NCBI GenBank assembly: GCA_002269645.1
Contig: NIVC01001700.1
Coordinates: forward strand, 262,394-326,393
Length of the DNA stretch: 64,000 nucleotides
Direction: 5' to 3'
DNA from: Macrostomum lignano
Lineage: Eukaryota
Shown here: piece by piece, positions 1 to 27,400 of the stretch
Layout: every line of letters starts with the position of its first letter
Position numbering within the stretch: the first letter of the stretch is position 1
The notes under the pieces: generated by a model
Told to the model about the DNA's origin: nothing
The model's database searches: none
The model's input: only the letters and a program-made list of their open reading frames with translations
Translations under genes and position numbers: made by a program

Positions 1-15169
<15,169 letters not shown>

Positions 15170-15246
15170 GCTGTTGCTCTATCAGGGATTTCTGTGGCTT
15201 CTATTGCGGCAGCGGCCTGACAGTCCAGCTGCGCATGCCTTGGTTT

Positions 15247-15254
15247 TTTATATA
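15247..15254 (-). promoter_or_regulatory. Possible TATA box of gene 1
   Basis: TATATAAA on the minus strand about 80 nt upstream of the ATG at 15169, with a CCAAT nearby at about 15265. Confidence 0.3.
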
Positions 15255-15614
15255 GAACAGACAGCCAATCGGCAGACGATCCAGGTTCTCCATCAGTTTC
15301 CACACATCGACAACTACTTTAGTTGTCCATGTTTCCACAACGTTCCCCTAATCCTACTGGCTTCATTCCGCAGCCCCGTCAGTCAGGCGGAGCTGCCAGT
15401 AATAAAAACAGATACTTTCTCAGCCTGCTGGGTTTTTTGTCGATTTCGAAGGAAAGTTAGACTGATCTGTCTCAAAGCAGGTCCATGTCACTGGCTCCTG
15501 AGCACGCACATGAGCAACGTGCTGCAGGGTTGATTTTTCTATCGAACTAGAACAAAATTATCACCTTGATCTGGTCTTTAAAATTATTCAACACTAATTA
15601 TAACGTTCTTATAG

Positions 15615-16265
15615 GTACTCTTTGACGTATTCTTTCAGGTATTCTACCAGGTACTCTTCCAGGTATTGTATCAGGTACTCTTCCAGGTATTGTATCAGGT
15701 ACTCTTCCAGGTATTGTATCAGGTACTCTTCCAGGTATTGTATCAGGTACTCTTCCAGGTATTGTTTCAGGTACTCTTCCAGGTATTGTATCAGGTACTC
15801 TTCCAGGTATTGTATCAGGTACTCTTCCAGGTATTGTATCAGGTACTCTTCCAGGTATTGTATCAGGTACTCTTCCAGGTATTGTATCAGGTACTCTTCC
15901 AGGTATTGTATCAGGTACTCTTCCAGGTATTGTATCAGGTACTCTTCCAGGTATTGTATCAGGTACTCTTCCAGGTATTGTATCAGGTACTCTTCCAGGT
16001 ATTGTATCAGGTACTCTTCCAGGTATTGTATCAGGTACTCTTCCAGGTATTGTATCAGGTACTCTTCCAGGTATTGTATCAGGTACTCTTCCAGGTATTG
16101 TATCAGGTAATCTTCCAGACATTCTTTGAGATACTCTTCAAGGTTCTGTTCTTGTAGATAGTACTCTTCGATGTATTTGTTCTAGGTAGCTCTTCCAGGT
16201 ATTCTACTAGATACCCTTCGAGGTTCTCTACCAGGAACTCATGCAGGCACTCTTCCAGGTGTTCT
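15615..16265. repeat. 24-mer array (AGGTACTCTTCCAGGTATTGTATC), degenerate after ~16120
   Basis: About 20 near-perfect copies between the two receptor start codons. Confidence 0.95.
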
Positions 16266-16994
16266 ACTATTATATTTGAGATCCGGTGGTGCCGGTGTCC
16301 GCAGCGCAGTCCCCCTCCGAAGAATCCAGGGGTGGATTCATTTTCTAGGTGTCGAACTAGACATAGTTGTAAGCTTTTTCCTGGGAAAATTCCAGATGAA
16401 GCGTGTTGTTCCAGGTGCAGCTTCCGTATCGATGCTTTGCCATAAAAGATTGTCCCAAAGCGGTCATAAAATGACACATCGGAGCCAGCACTGGAGCATT
16501 AGGAAGCTGGGCGATGGCTTCATCAATTGCCTGTCACGCTTTGATCAAGGGTTGAATAATGGAAAATGCGGGTAGCCAGCGGCAGATTAGCCAATAATCC
16601 AACTTGTACCGGAGACCGGCCGTCTTGCTGCAATAAATCACCATGCTAATGGAAATGCTTGTGCAGAGAGCCGGCCAGCCTCCTGCTGTTCATCAATTAG
16701 CGGCCGCACAGTGAGCAGCCTCCCCTCCCAATTATCTATCTGGGCAGTGTTTATTTAAGTTAATTTAATTTAAGTTTCTCAGTTTACTATATTTTTTCAA
16801 GCACTGATACCATTTTGAATCTCAAATGATAAAAAATTGGATTGTAAAAAAATTATTGTCGTTCCTATCATTCCTTGGAGCGTACTAATAGTAGTACGAT
16901 GGGCTCATTATTTTTATCAGAGAAAAAAGCTGAAGCAGTTTTTACTTTCCGTCACTTGACTTAGACGAGATGGAAGCCTGTTTTAGAAGAGGTC

Positions 16995-17160
16995 CGACTG
17001 AGGTCCGGTGGAGGTCCGGTGGAGGTCCGGTGGAGGTCCGGTGGAGGTCCGGTGGAGGTCCGGTGGAGGTCCGGTGGAGGTCCGGTGGAGGTCCGGTGGA
17101 GGTCCGGTGGAGATCCGGTGGAGGTCCGGTGGAGGTCCGGTGGAGATCCGGTGGAGGTCC
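16995..17160. repeat. 11-mer array (GGTGGAGGTCC)
   Basis: About 15 copies. Confidence 0.95.
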
Positions 17161-17769
17161 TTCGTGTGCCTGAGAATTCGCTTCTGTCATTTCATGGTTT
17201 TTGACGAAATAAAATTTCGAGCTTGATTGTCACCCCTTTCAATTAATTAGGATAAAAACTGCGCGAGCGGAATCCCAATCATGGAGAGATTTTATTTTCG
17301 CGAGCAGCCGTAGTTGAGCATTGAGCTCCAGGAAAAATAGGAATAAGTCCAGGAAACACAGCTTCACACTTATGGAGCTGGCTTAAAGAGCCGTTACCCA
17401 TCATCATTTTTCTTCGCTGCTGTTGTCTCCAGGCAATATTTCTTTGATTTTCGATATGATCCGAGGATTTTTAGACCTACACAAAATCTGGACTGGAAAC
17501 TGCCGGGCTTGTAAAAATAATTGAAGATCTGAAATTTGGACGGGGACTTTCTGGTTGTCCACGAACGGGGGCGAGGTTTCATAGGACCTAAATTTCGCAT
17601 CGCCTAAAAGCTTCAAGCATCCACTAATGAAAATCTTGACTTCCAATAACGCTAAAAGCATTAGCGGTAAAATTAAAAATATATATATTTTATCGGTGTT
17701 TAGCTTAGGTCTTATAAATACCTTAGTTGTTATGAAGTCTGGGTTCTATGAAGTTTTTATGTCTTATAA

Positions 17770-18085
17770 AGTTTAGGTCTTGTGAATTTTAGGTCTTATA
17801 GATTTTGGGTCTAATGAAGTTTAGGTCCTATGAAGTTTAGGTCTAATGAAGTTTAGGTCTAATGAAGTTTAGGTCTAATGAAGTTTAGGTCTAATGAAGT
17901 TTAGGTCTAATGAAGTTTAGGTCTAATGAAGTTTAGGTCTAATGAAGTTTAGGTCTAATGAAGTTTAGGTCTAATGAAGTTTAGGTCTAATGAAGTTTAG
18001 GTCTAATGAAGTTTAGGTCTAATGAAGTTTAGGTCTAATGAAGTTTAGGTCTAATGAAGTTTAGGTCTAATGAAGTTTAGGTCTT
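17770..18085. repeat. 16-mer array (AAGTTTAGGTCTAATG)
   Basis: Tandem copies upstream of gene 2. Confidence 0.95.
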
Positions 18086-18419
18086 TTGTAAATGAGCTCT
18101 AATTATGAAATTTAGTTCTTCAAACGCATAAATGGTGGCTTTAAAACTCGGAAAGACGGAAGATTTGGCTCTTGAAGATGGCAGGGTATTTGCTATTGTT
18201 AAGCGCCCGCAGCTGTGTCACAGTTTCTCTATCCAAATATAGTACATCATGAACTCCATGCGCCTTAATTATAAGTATTCCCTGGCCTGAACCTGCATCT
18301 GGCCAATAGGGTCTCGTTTACATTTTGGCACAATTTATTAACATTGGAAAACGGGCGGAGAGCGTGACCAGACCGTGACTTGAGCACCTGGGACCCACGA
18401 TCTGAGACCACGTGAGACC

Positions 18420-21400
18420 ATGTCGCGTCATCGTGCTGGGCTGCTGCTCTTGGGGCTGCATCTTCTGCTCCCGGGTCTGAGCTGCTCCCAGGAACTGCGT
18501 ATTGGTGAGAAAAATTCATTGCTTTCCGATACCTTTCCTTCCTCTGCACTGACGCGCTTGTTGAGAGCCGATCAACTTTGTCTCTTATTTACCATATAAA
18601 TTGCCACTTAGTCGGTACTGTTCCAGAGCCAGTTTAAAATATTTTTTAAGTAGTGTACTGCTATGCATAAATGTAAGTCTGTAGTTGACATGAAGTGTCC
18701 ATTCTGGGCTGTCACTGTCTCCACTGCAGTTGTCATGAAGTGTCCATTCTGGGCTGTCACTGTCTCCACTGTAGTTGTCATGAAGTGTCCATTCTGGGCT
18801 GTCACTGTCTCCACTGTAGTTGTCATGAAGTGTCCATTCTGTGCTGTCACTGTCTCCACTGTAGTTGTCATGAAGTGTCCATTCTGGGCTGTCACTGTCT
18901 CCACTGTAGTTGTCATGAAGTGTCCATTCTGGGCTGTCACTGTCTCCACAGCAGTTGTCATGAAGTGTCCATTCTGTGCTGTCACTGTCTCCACTGTAGT
19001 TGTCATGAAGTGTCCATTCTGGGCTGTCACTGTCTCCACTGTAGTTGTCATGAAGTGTCCATTCTGGGCTGTCACTGCCTCCACTGTAGTTGTCATGAAG
19101 TGTCCATTCTGGGCTGTCACTGTCTCCACTGTAGTTGTCATGAAGTGTCCATTCTGGGCTGTCACTGTCTCCACTGTAGTTGTCATGAAGTGTCCATTCT
19201 GGGCTGTCACTGTCTCCACTGTAGTTGTCATGAAGTGTCCATTCTGTGCTGTCACTGTCTCCACTGTAGTTGTCATGAAGTGTCCATTCTGGGCTGTCAC
19301 TGTCTCCACTGTAGTTGTCATGAAGTGTCCATTCTGGGCTGTCACTGTCTCCACAGCAGTTGTCATGAAGTGTCCATTCTGTGCTGTCACTGTCTCCACT
19401 GTAGTTGTCATGAAGTGTCCATTCTGGGCTGTCACTGTCTCCACTGTAGTTGTCATGAAGTGTCCATTCTGGGCTGTCACTGCCTCCACAGCAGTTGTCA
19501 TGAAGTGTCCATTCTGGGCTGTCACTGTCTCCACTGCAGTTGTCATGAAGTGTCCATTCTGGGCTGTCACTGTCTCCACTGTAGTTGTCATGAAGTGTCC
19601 ATTCTGGGCTGTCACTGTCTCCACTGTAGTTGTCATGAAGTGTCCATTCTGGGCTGTCACTGTCTCCACAGCAGTTGTCATGAAGTGTCCATTCTGTGCT
19701 GTCACTGTCTCCACTGTAGTTGTCATGAAGTGTCCATTCTGGGCTGTCACTGTCTCCACTGTAGTTGTCATGAAGTGTCCATTCTGGGCTGTCACTGTCT
19801 CCACTGCAGTTGTCATGAAGTGTCCATTCTGGGCTGTCACTGTCTCCACTGTAGTTGTCATGAAGTGTCCATTCTGGGCTGTCACTGTCTCCACTGTAGT
19901 TGTCATGAAGTGTCCATTCTGGGCTGTCACTGTCTCCACTGTAGTTGTCATGAAGTGTCCATTCTGTGCTGTCACTGTCTCCACTGTAGTTGTCATGAAG
20001 TGTCCATTCTGGGCTGTCACTGTCTCCACTGTAGTTGTCATGAAGTGTCCATTCTGGGCTGTCACTGCCTCCACAGCAGTTGTCATGAAGTGTCCATTCT
20101 GGGCTGTCACTGTCTCCACTGCAGTTGTCATGAAGTGTCCATTCTGGGCTGTCACTGTCTCCACTGTAGTTGTCATGAAGTGTCCATTCTGGGCTGTCAC
20201 TGTCTCCACTGTAGTTGTCATGAAGTGTCCATTCTGGGCTGTCACTGTCTCCACTGTAGTTGTCATGAAGTGTCCATTCTGGGCTGTCACTGTCTCCACT
20301 GCAGTTGTCATGAAGTGTCCATTCTGGGCTGTCACTGCCTCCACAGCAGTTGTCATGAAGTGTCCATTCTGGGCTGTCACTGCCTCCGCTGCAGTTGTCA
20401 TGAAGTGTCCATTCTGGGCTGTCACTGCCTCCGCTGCAGTTGTCATGAAGTGTCCATTCTGTACTGTCACTGCCTCCGCTGCAGTTGTCATGAAGTGTCC
20501 ATTCTGGGCTGTCACTGCCTCCGCTGCAGTTGTCATGAAGTGTCCATTCTGTACTGTCACTGCCTCCACTGTAGTTGTCATGAAGTGTCCATTCTGGGCT
20601 GTCACTGTCTCCACAGCAGTTGTCATGAAGTGTCCATTCTTGGTTGTCACTGCCTCCACAGCAGTTGTCATGAAGTGTCCATTCTGGGCTGTCACTGCCT
20701 CCACTGCAGTTGTCATGAAGTGTCCATTCTGGGCTGTCACTGTCTCCACTGTAGTTGTCATGAAGTGTCCATTCTGGGCTGTCACTGTCTCCACAGCAGT
20801 TGTCATGAAGTGTCCATTCTTGGTTGTCACTGCCTCCACAGCAGTTGTCATGAAGTGTCCATTCTGGGCTGTCACTGCCTCCACTGCAGTTGTCATGAAA
20901 TGTCCATTCTGGGCTGTCACTGTCTCCACAGCAGTTGTCATGAAGTGTCCATTCTGTACTGTCACTGCCTCCACTGCAGTTGTCATGAAGTGTCCATTCT
21001 GGGCTGTCACTGTCTCCACAGCAGTTGTCATGAAGTGTCCATTCTTGGTTGTCACTGCCTCCACAGCAGTTGTCATGAAGTGTCCATTCTGGGCTGTCAC
21101 TGCCTCCACTGCAGTTGTCATGAAATGTCCATTCTGGGCTGTCACTGTCTCCACAGCAGTTGTCATGAAGTGTCCATTCTGTACTGTCACTGCCTCCACT
21201 GTAGTTGTCATGAAGTGTCCATTCTGGGCTGTCACTGTCTCCACAGCAGTTGTCATGAAGTGTCCATTCTTGGTTGTCACTGCCTCCACAGCAGTTGTCA
21301 TGAAGTGTCCATTCTGGGCTGTCACTGCCTCCACTGCAGTTGTCATGAAATGTCCATTCTGGGCTGTCACTGTCTCCACTGTAGTTGTCATGAAGTGTCC

Positions 21401-24400
21401 ATTCTGGGCTGTCACTGTCTCCACTGCAGTTGTCATGAAGTGTCCATTCTGGGCTGTCACTGTCTCCACTGCAGTTGTCATGAAGTGTCCATTCTGGGCT
21501 GTCACTGCCTCCACTGCAGTTGTCATGAAGTGTCCATTCTGGGCTGTCACTGCCTCCACTGCAGTTGTCATGAAGTGTCCATTCTGGGCTGTCACTGCCT
21601 CCACTGCAGTTGTCATGAAGTGTCCATTCTGGGCTGTCACTGCCTCCACTGCAGTTGTCATGAAGTGTCCATTCTGGGCTGTCACTGTCTCCACTGCAGT
21701 TGTCATGAAATGTCCATTCTGGGCTGTCACTGCCTCCACAGCAGTTGTCATGAAGTGTCCATTCTGGGCTGTCACTGTCTCCACAGCAGTTGTCATGAAG
21801 TGTCCATTCTGGGCTGTCACTGTCTCCACAGCAGTTGTCATGAAGTGTCCATTCTGGGCTGTCACTGTCTCCACAGCAGTTGTCATGAAGTGTCCATTCT
21901 GGGCTGTCACTGTCTCCACAGCAGTTGTCATGAAGTGTCCATTCTGGGCTGTCACTGTCTCCACAGCAGTTGTCATGAAGTGTCCATTCTTGGTTGTCCC
22001 TGCCTCCACTGCAGTTGTCATGAAGTGTCCATTCTGTACTGTCACTGCCTCCACTGCAGTTGTCATGAAGTGTCCATTCTGGGCTGTCACTGTCTCCACA
22101 GCAGTTGTCATGAAGTGTCCATTCTGGGCTGTCACTGTCTCCACAGCAGTTGTCATGAAGTGTCCATTCTTGGTTGTCCCTGCCTCCACTGCAGTTGTCA
22201 TGAAGTGTCCATTCTGTACTGTCACTGCCTCCACTGCAGTTGTCATGAAGTGTCCATTCTGGGCTGTCACTGTCTCCACTGTAGTTGTCATGAAGTGTCC
22301 ATTCTTGGTTGTCCCTGCCTCCACTGCAGTTGTCATGAAGTGTCCATTCTGTACTGTCACTGCCTCCACTGCAGTTGTCATGAAGTGTCCATTCTGTGCT
22401 GTCACTGTCTCCACTGCAGTTGTCATGAAGTGTCCATTCTGTGCTGTCACTGCCTCCACTGTAGTTGTCATGAAGTGTCCATTCTGGGCTGTCACTGTCT
22501 CCACAGCAGTTGTCATGAAGTGTCCATTCTTGGTTGTCCCTGCCTCCACTGCAGTTGTCATGAAGTGTCCATTCTGTACTGTCACTGCCTCCACTGCAGT
22601 TGTCATGAAGTGTCCATTCTGTGCTGTCACTGTCTCCACTGCAGTTGTCATGAAGTGTCCATTCTGTGCTGTCACTGCCTCCACTGTAGTTGTCATGAAG
22701 TGTCCATTCTGGGCTGTCACTGTCTCCACAGCAGTTGTCATGAAGTGTCCATTCTGGGCTGTCACTGTCTCCACTGCAGTTGTCATGAAGTGTCCATTCT
22801 GGGCTGTCACTGCCTCCACTGCAGTTGTCATAAAGTGTCCATTCTGGGCTGTCACTGTCTCCACTGTAGTTGTCATGACGTGTCCATTCTGTGCTGTCAC
22901 TGTCTCCACTGCATCACGCATTTATTTTCCCGGGCATTTTCCAGGCCTTTTGACACCAAGAAATCAGCTATCAAATGCTTCGTTTGGTGACATAACCCTG
23001 AAAAACAGCTCCGCGCTTCTGGTTGCTGTGCGGACTATTGAGCTGAATCTGGACTATGGTAAAAAGATTAACACTTAAATTTTGTCATCATATAGCTCAT
23101 CTAACAGTCTGACAGTTTGACAGTCTGACAGTTTGACAGTCGGACAGTTTGACAGTCGGACAGTCTGACAGTTTGACAGTTTGACAGTCTGACAGTTTGA
23201 CAGTCGGACAGTTTGACAGTCGGACAGTCTGACAGTTTGACAGTTTGACAGTTTGACAGTCGGACAGTCGGACAGTCGGACAGTTTGACAGTCGGACAGT
23301 TTGACAGTCTGACAGTTTGACAGTCTGACAGTTTGACAGTCTGACAGTTTGACAGTCTGACAGTTTGACAGTCTGACAGTTTGACAGTCTGACAGTTTGA
23401 CAGTCTGACAGTTTGACAGTCTGACAGTTTGACAGTCTGACAGTTTGACAGTCTGACAGTTTGACAGTCTGACAGTTTGACAGTCTGACAGTTTGACAGT
23501 CTGACAGTTTGACAGTCTGACAGTTTGACAGTCTGACAGTCTTACAGTTTGACAGTCTGACAGTTTGACAGTCTGACAGTTTGACAGTCTAACAGTTTGA
23601 CAGTTTGACAGTTTGACAGTCTGACAGTTTGACAGTTTGACAGTCTGACAGTTTGACAGTCGGACAGTTTGACAGTCGGACAGTCTGACAGTTTGACAGT
23701 TTGACAGTTTGACAGTCGGACAGTCGGACAGTCGGACAGTTTGACAGTCGGACAGTCTGACAGTCTTACAGTTTGACAGTCTGACAGTTTGACAGTCTGA
23801 CAGTTTGACAGTCTGACAGTTTGACAGTCTGACAGTTTGACAGTCTGACAGTTTGACAGTCTGACAGTTTGACAGTCTGACAGTTTGACAGTCTGACAGT
23901 TTGACAGTCTGACAGTTTGACAGTCTGACAGTTTGACAGTCTGACAGTTTGACAGTCTGACAGTTTGACAGTCTGACAGTCTTACAGTTTGACAGTCTGA
24001 CAGTTTGACAGTCTGACAGTTTGACAGTCTAACAGTTTGACAGTCTGACAGTTTGACAGTCTGACAGTCTGACAGTTTGACAGTTTGACAGTCTGACAGT
24101 TTGACAGTTTGACAGTTTGACACTTTGACAGTTTGACAGTCTGACAGTTTGACAGTCTGATAGTTTGACAGTTTGACAGTTTGACAGTCTGACAGTCTGA
24201 CAGTTTGACAGTTTGACAGTCTGACAGTTTGACAGTTTGACAGTTTGACAGTTTGACAGTCTGACAGTCTGACAGTTTGACAGTTTGACAGTCTGACAGT
24301 TTGACAGTTTGACAGTTTGACAGTTTGACAGTCTTACAGTTTGACAGTTTGACAGTTTGACAGTTTGACAGTCTGACAGTTTGACAGTTTGACAGTTTGA

Positions 24401-27400
24401 CAGTTTGACAGTCTGACAGTCTGACAGTTTGACAGTGAAAAATCGCCCTTGAAACCCGGCCAGAGAAGCACTTAACGGCCTGGCAGCCGCATCTGGTGCT
24501 GAACCTCGCAGCCTGCAAAGCTCTGTCCGCAGTCGTCTTGCCGAACGTCACGGAGTTGCTGGCGCCGGCGGCTGCGGTTTGCGATGCTGCCGCCGCTGGC
24601 CCAGCCTCTGCCGCCGCCGCCGCCGCCGTTGTATCAATGGAATCCGGCGGCCAAGAGGAAGCCCTGGCTGCGACCGTGGCCGAGCTGGGCTGGCGTCGCG
24701 TCCTCTTGGTCTTCGACAAGTCGAACGACGGCCTGGCCGGTGGCGGCTCCCTTCGCCTGTTGGCCGCGCTGGGCCGCAGGGCGCCCGACGCAGCCGTTGT
24801 TGCTGCCGAATTCGACGACATCTCGGCGATAATGTCGGAGCTGTCGATTGCCAGCGTCAGATTTGACGGCTTCGTGCTGGCGATCGGCAGCGCTGACCGG
24901 CTGGACTCTGCCGTGGCTCAGGTGGGTTGCCTTGAGCAGGGACTGCTGGACGCAACCATGGCAACTAAAGCTCCTAACTTTTCCTCACTCCTATAAGCGT
25001 CCTAAATGTGTACTTTATGGGCACGCATTGCCGCCTCAAGTATCAAAGAGTTTCGACACTCGACACTTGACTGCCAGTATATATGTGCAGGCGCATACTC
25101 ACATCTGTAGTGACTTTCTCACTTTCAGACACTGTACACTCTGAGCGGGCCCTGTGGGTTTACCATTCAGGGTCTTAAGCTAGCGGAATTGAACCCCGGA
25201 TTTTCCCTGTTGTTCACTTGTCCCTTCTGAGCTTTCACGAGAAGTTCCAGTGTGCTTCAAACTCGTGATTGTTGATAACGCACTACTCTCTACTATGCTT
25301 TCATAGTTATCTTTGTTTACCTTTCTATAATGCTAGTTAGTTTCACACCTGACTCTGTCAAAGCTTCTCAGATCCTCAGCCTCGAACCTCCCCTGCCCGC
25401 AGCTGTGCGGACGCAGCCTGCTGGTGTGGTCGCCGCCTGCTGCATCGCCGCCTGGCAACTGTCGGTTCTGCTACTTCTCTCCAAGCCTCTCGACGACGGC
25501 GTTTACACCGATGCGACGCGGCGCCAAGTGGCGGCAGTTGAGCCTCCGTCAGGCCGACCTGCTCAGCGGCTTGGTGAGCACCGCCAGCTCAGCCGCCGCC
25601 TCCGGGTTGTCCCCAGCTGAGGAGATCCGGTCGGCCATCTTTAGCGGATCGCGTCGCCAGCAGCTGCTCTGCCGCAGCGGCAGCGGCAGCGACGGCTTCA
25701 TTCAGTCTGGCGAGTTTGTGGAAGACTCCGGCAAGTTGATGCTGAATGCCGCCAGATTTCCGGCGAGCAGCGGCTATTTGGAGAACCGGACTCTGCTTCT
25801 GGAGCTGAAGATGGTGAGCTGAGATGTGAACTGGGTGACCTGTGGGTCTTTGACAATTGCCTGCCGATGGCAACTGAGAATTTGGAAGGAGATGGGTTAC
25901 TTCTGCTGGGCAGTCAATTATCACTGCCGGTTAATTTCTGGCAGTAAAATGACAGTATGCCCCACCTTGTCATGAGAACGTTTCGATACACTTGTCATGT
26001 CCTTTCGCTTTAAACGTTGCTGATATTCTTGTGTATTATATAGCACTTTAGCTCTTCATTGGTTCATTGAAACTGATATTCACTCGCACAGGTTTCGCCT
26101 TTCTCGTTTCCTGGTACGCGGGACAAAAACGGATTCGAGTTGAACGTCACGGGTCTCAGCATCGATATGATCAATGAGGTGGCCTCCCGGCTGAAGTTCA
26201 GGTACGCACAGAAGCATTATTATATCAGTGTCAGGTTATTATTCATCGGAGGCTATCCCCATTAATATTGGATTGGCTGGTTGACTTGTCGCTTCTACCC
26301 ATCTCGACCTCCACCTCACTCCGCTGATTGTTCCTTCTCCTGGGCCGTCTCCTTATTGGCTGGCTCACTAGAATTTCTACCCTCACGACCTCCACCTCAC
26401 TCCGCTGATTGTTCCTTCTCCTGGGCCGTCTCCTTATTGGCTGGCTCACTAGAATTTCTACCCTCACGACCTCCACCTCACTCCGCTGATTGTTCCTTCT
26501 CCTGGGCCGTCTCCTTATTGGCTGGCTCACTAGAATTTCTACCCTCACGACCTCCACCTCACTCCGCTGATTGTTCCTTCTCCTGGGCCGTCTCCTTATT
26601 GGCTGGCTCACTAGAATTTCTACCCTCACGACCTCCACCTCACTCCGCTGATTGTTCCTTCTCCTGGGCCGTCTCCTTATTGGCTGGCTCACTAGAATTT
26701 CTACCCTCACGACCTCCACCTCACTCCGCTGATTGTTCCTTCTCCTGGGCCGTCTCCTTATTGGCTGGCTCACTAGAATTTCCACCCTCACGACCTCCAC
26801 CTCACTCCGCTGATTGTTCCTTCTCCTGGGCCGTCTCCTTATTGGCTGGCTCACTGTTATTTCTACCCTCACGACCTCCACCTCCACTCCGCTGATTCTC
26901 CCTTCTCTTTCGCCGGCTTTTAACTGGCTGATGTAGCAAAGGTTAAACTGTTTTATTCTAAAATATTGCAGCTATCGCTTGCGACAACCGCCGGACAACA
27001 ACTGGGGCGCGCCCTACTCCAACGGCACGTGGAATGGCATGGTTGGCGATGTGCTGCGAAAAGTGAGTGAGCAGTAGTAGCGAGATAGCAGATCAAATTA
27101 TGTACCAATAATTATTGCACTCGAATCGCAACGAGTCAGGTAGGAGCAGAATTCTACGCAACTTTAATCGCATTATAACGTCAACTTCAGTCAGGGATAT
27201 TTTCTGATTTTGATTAACAATAGCCGCTCGAGTGAGCTCAGTGAATGCTCGAGTCCCCTAGTTCAAATGCTCGGCCCCTCGACCGCAGTCATTTTCTATA
27301 CTTTTTTGTGGGGGGGGGGGCACTCAAAGGCCTATGGCTCTCCATCACTAACCCGCGCACTTAGGTTTCTATAGCAATATAAAACGCTGAATTGATGCAC

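Noticed and set aside
16330-16550. Possible orphan exon on the minus strand (AIDEAIAQLPNAPVL...)
   Set aside because: No recognisable homology, partner exons or good donor.
18608-23078. Three ORFs of more than 1400 aa (mucin-like or Cys/His-rich)
   Set aside because: They coincide with a stop-free 45-mer array, are open on both strands, have no unique domains, and lie inside a well-supported intron.
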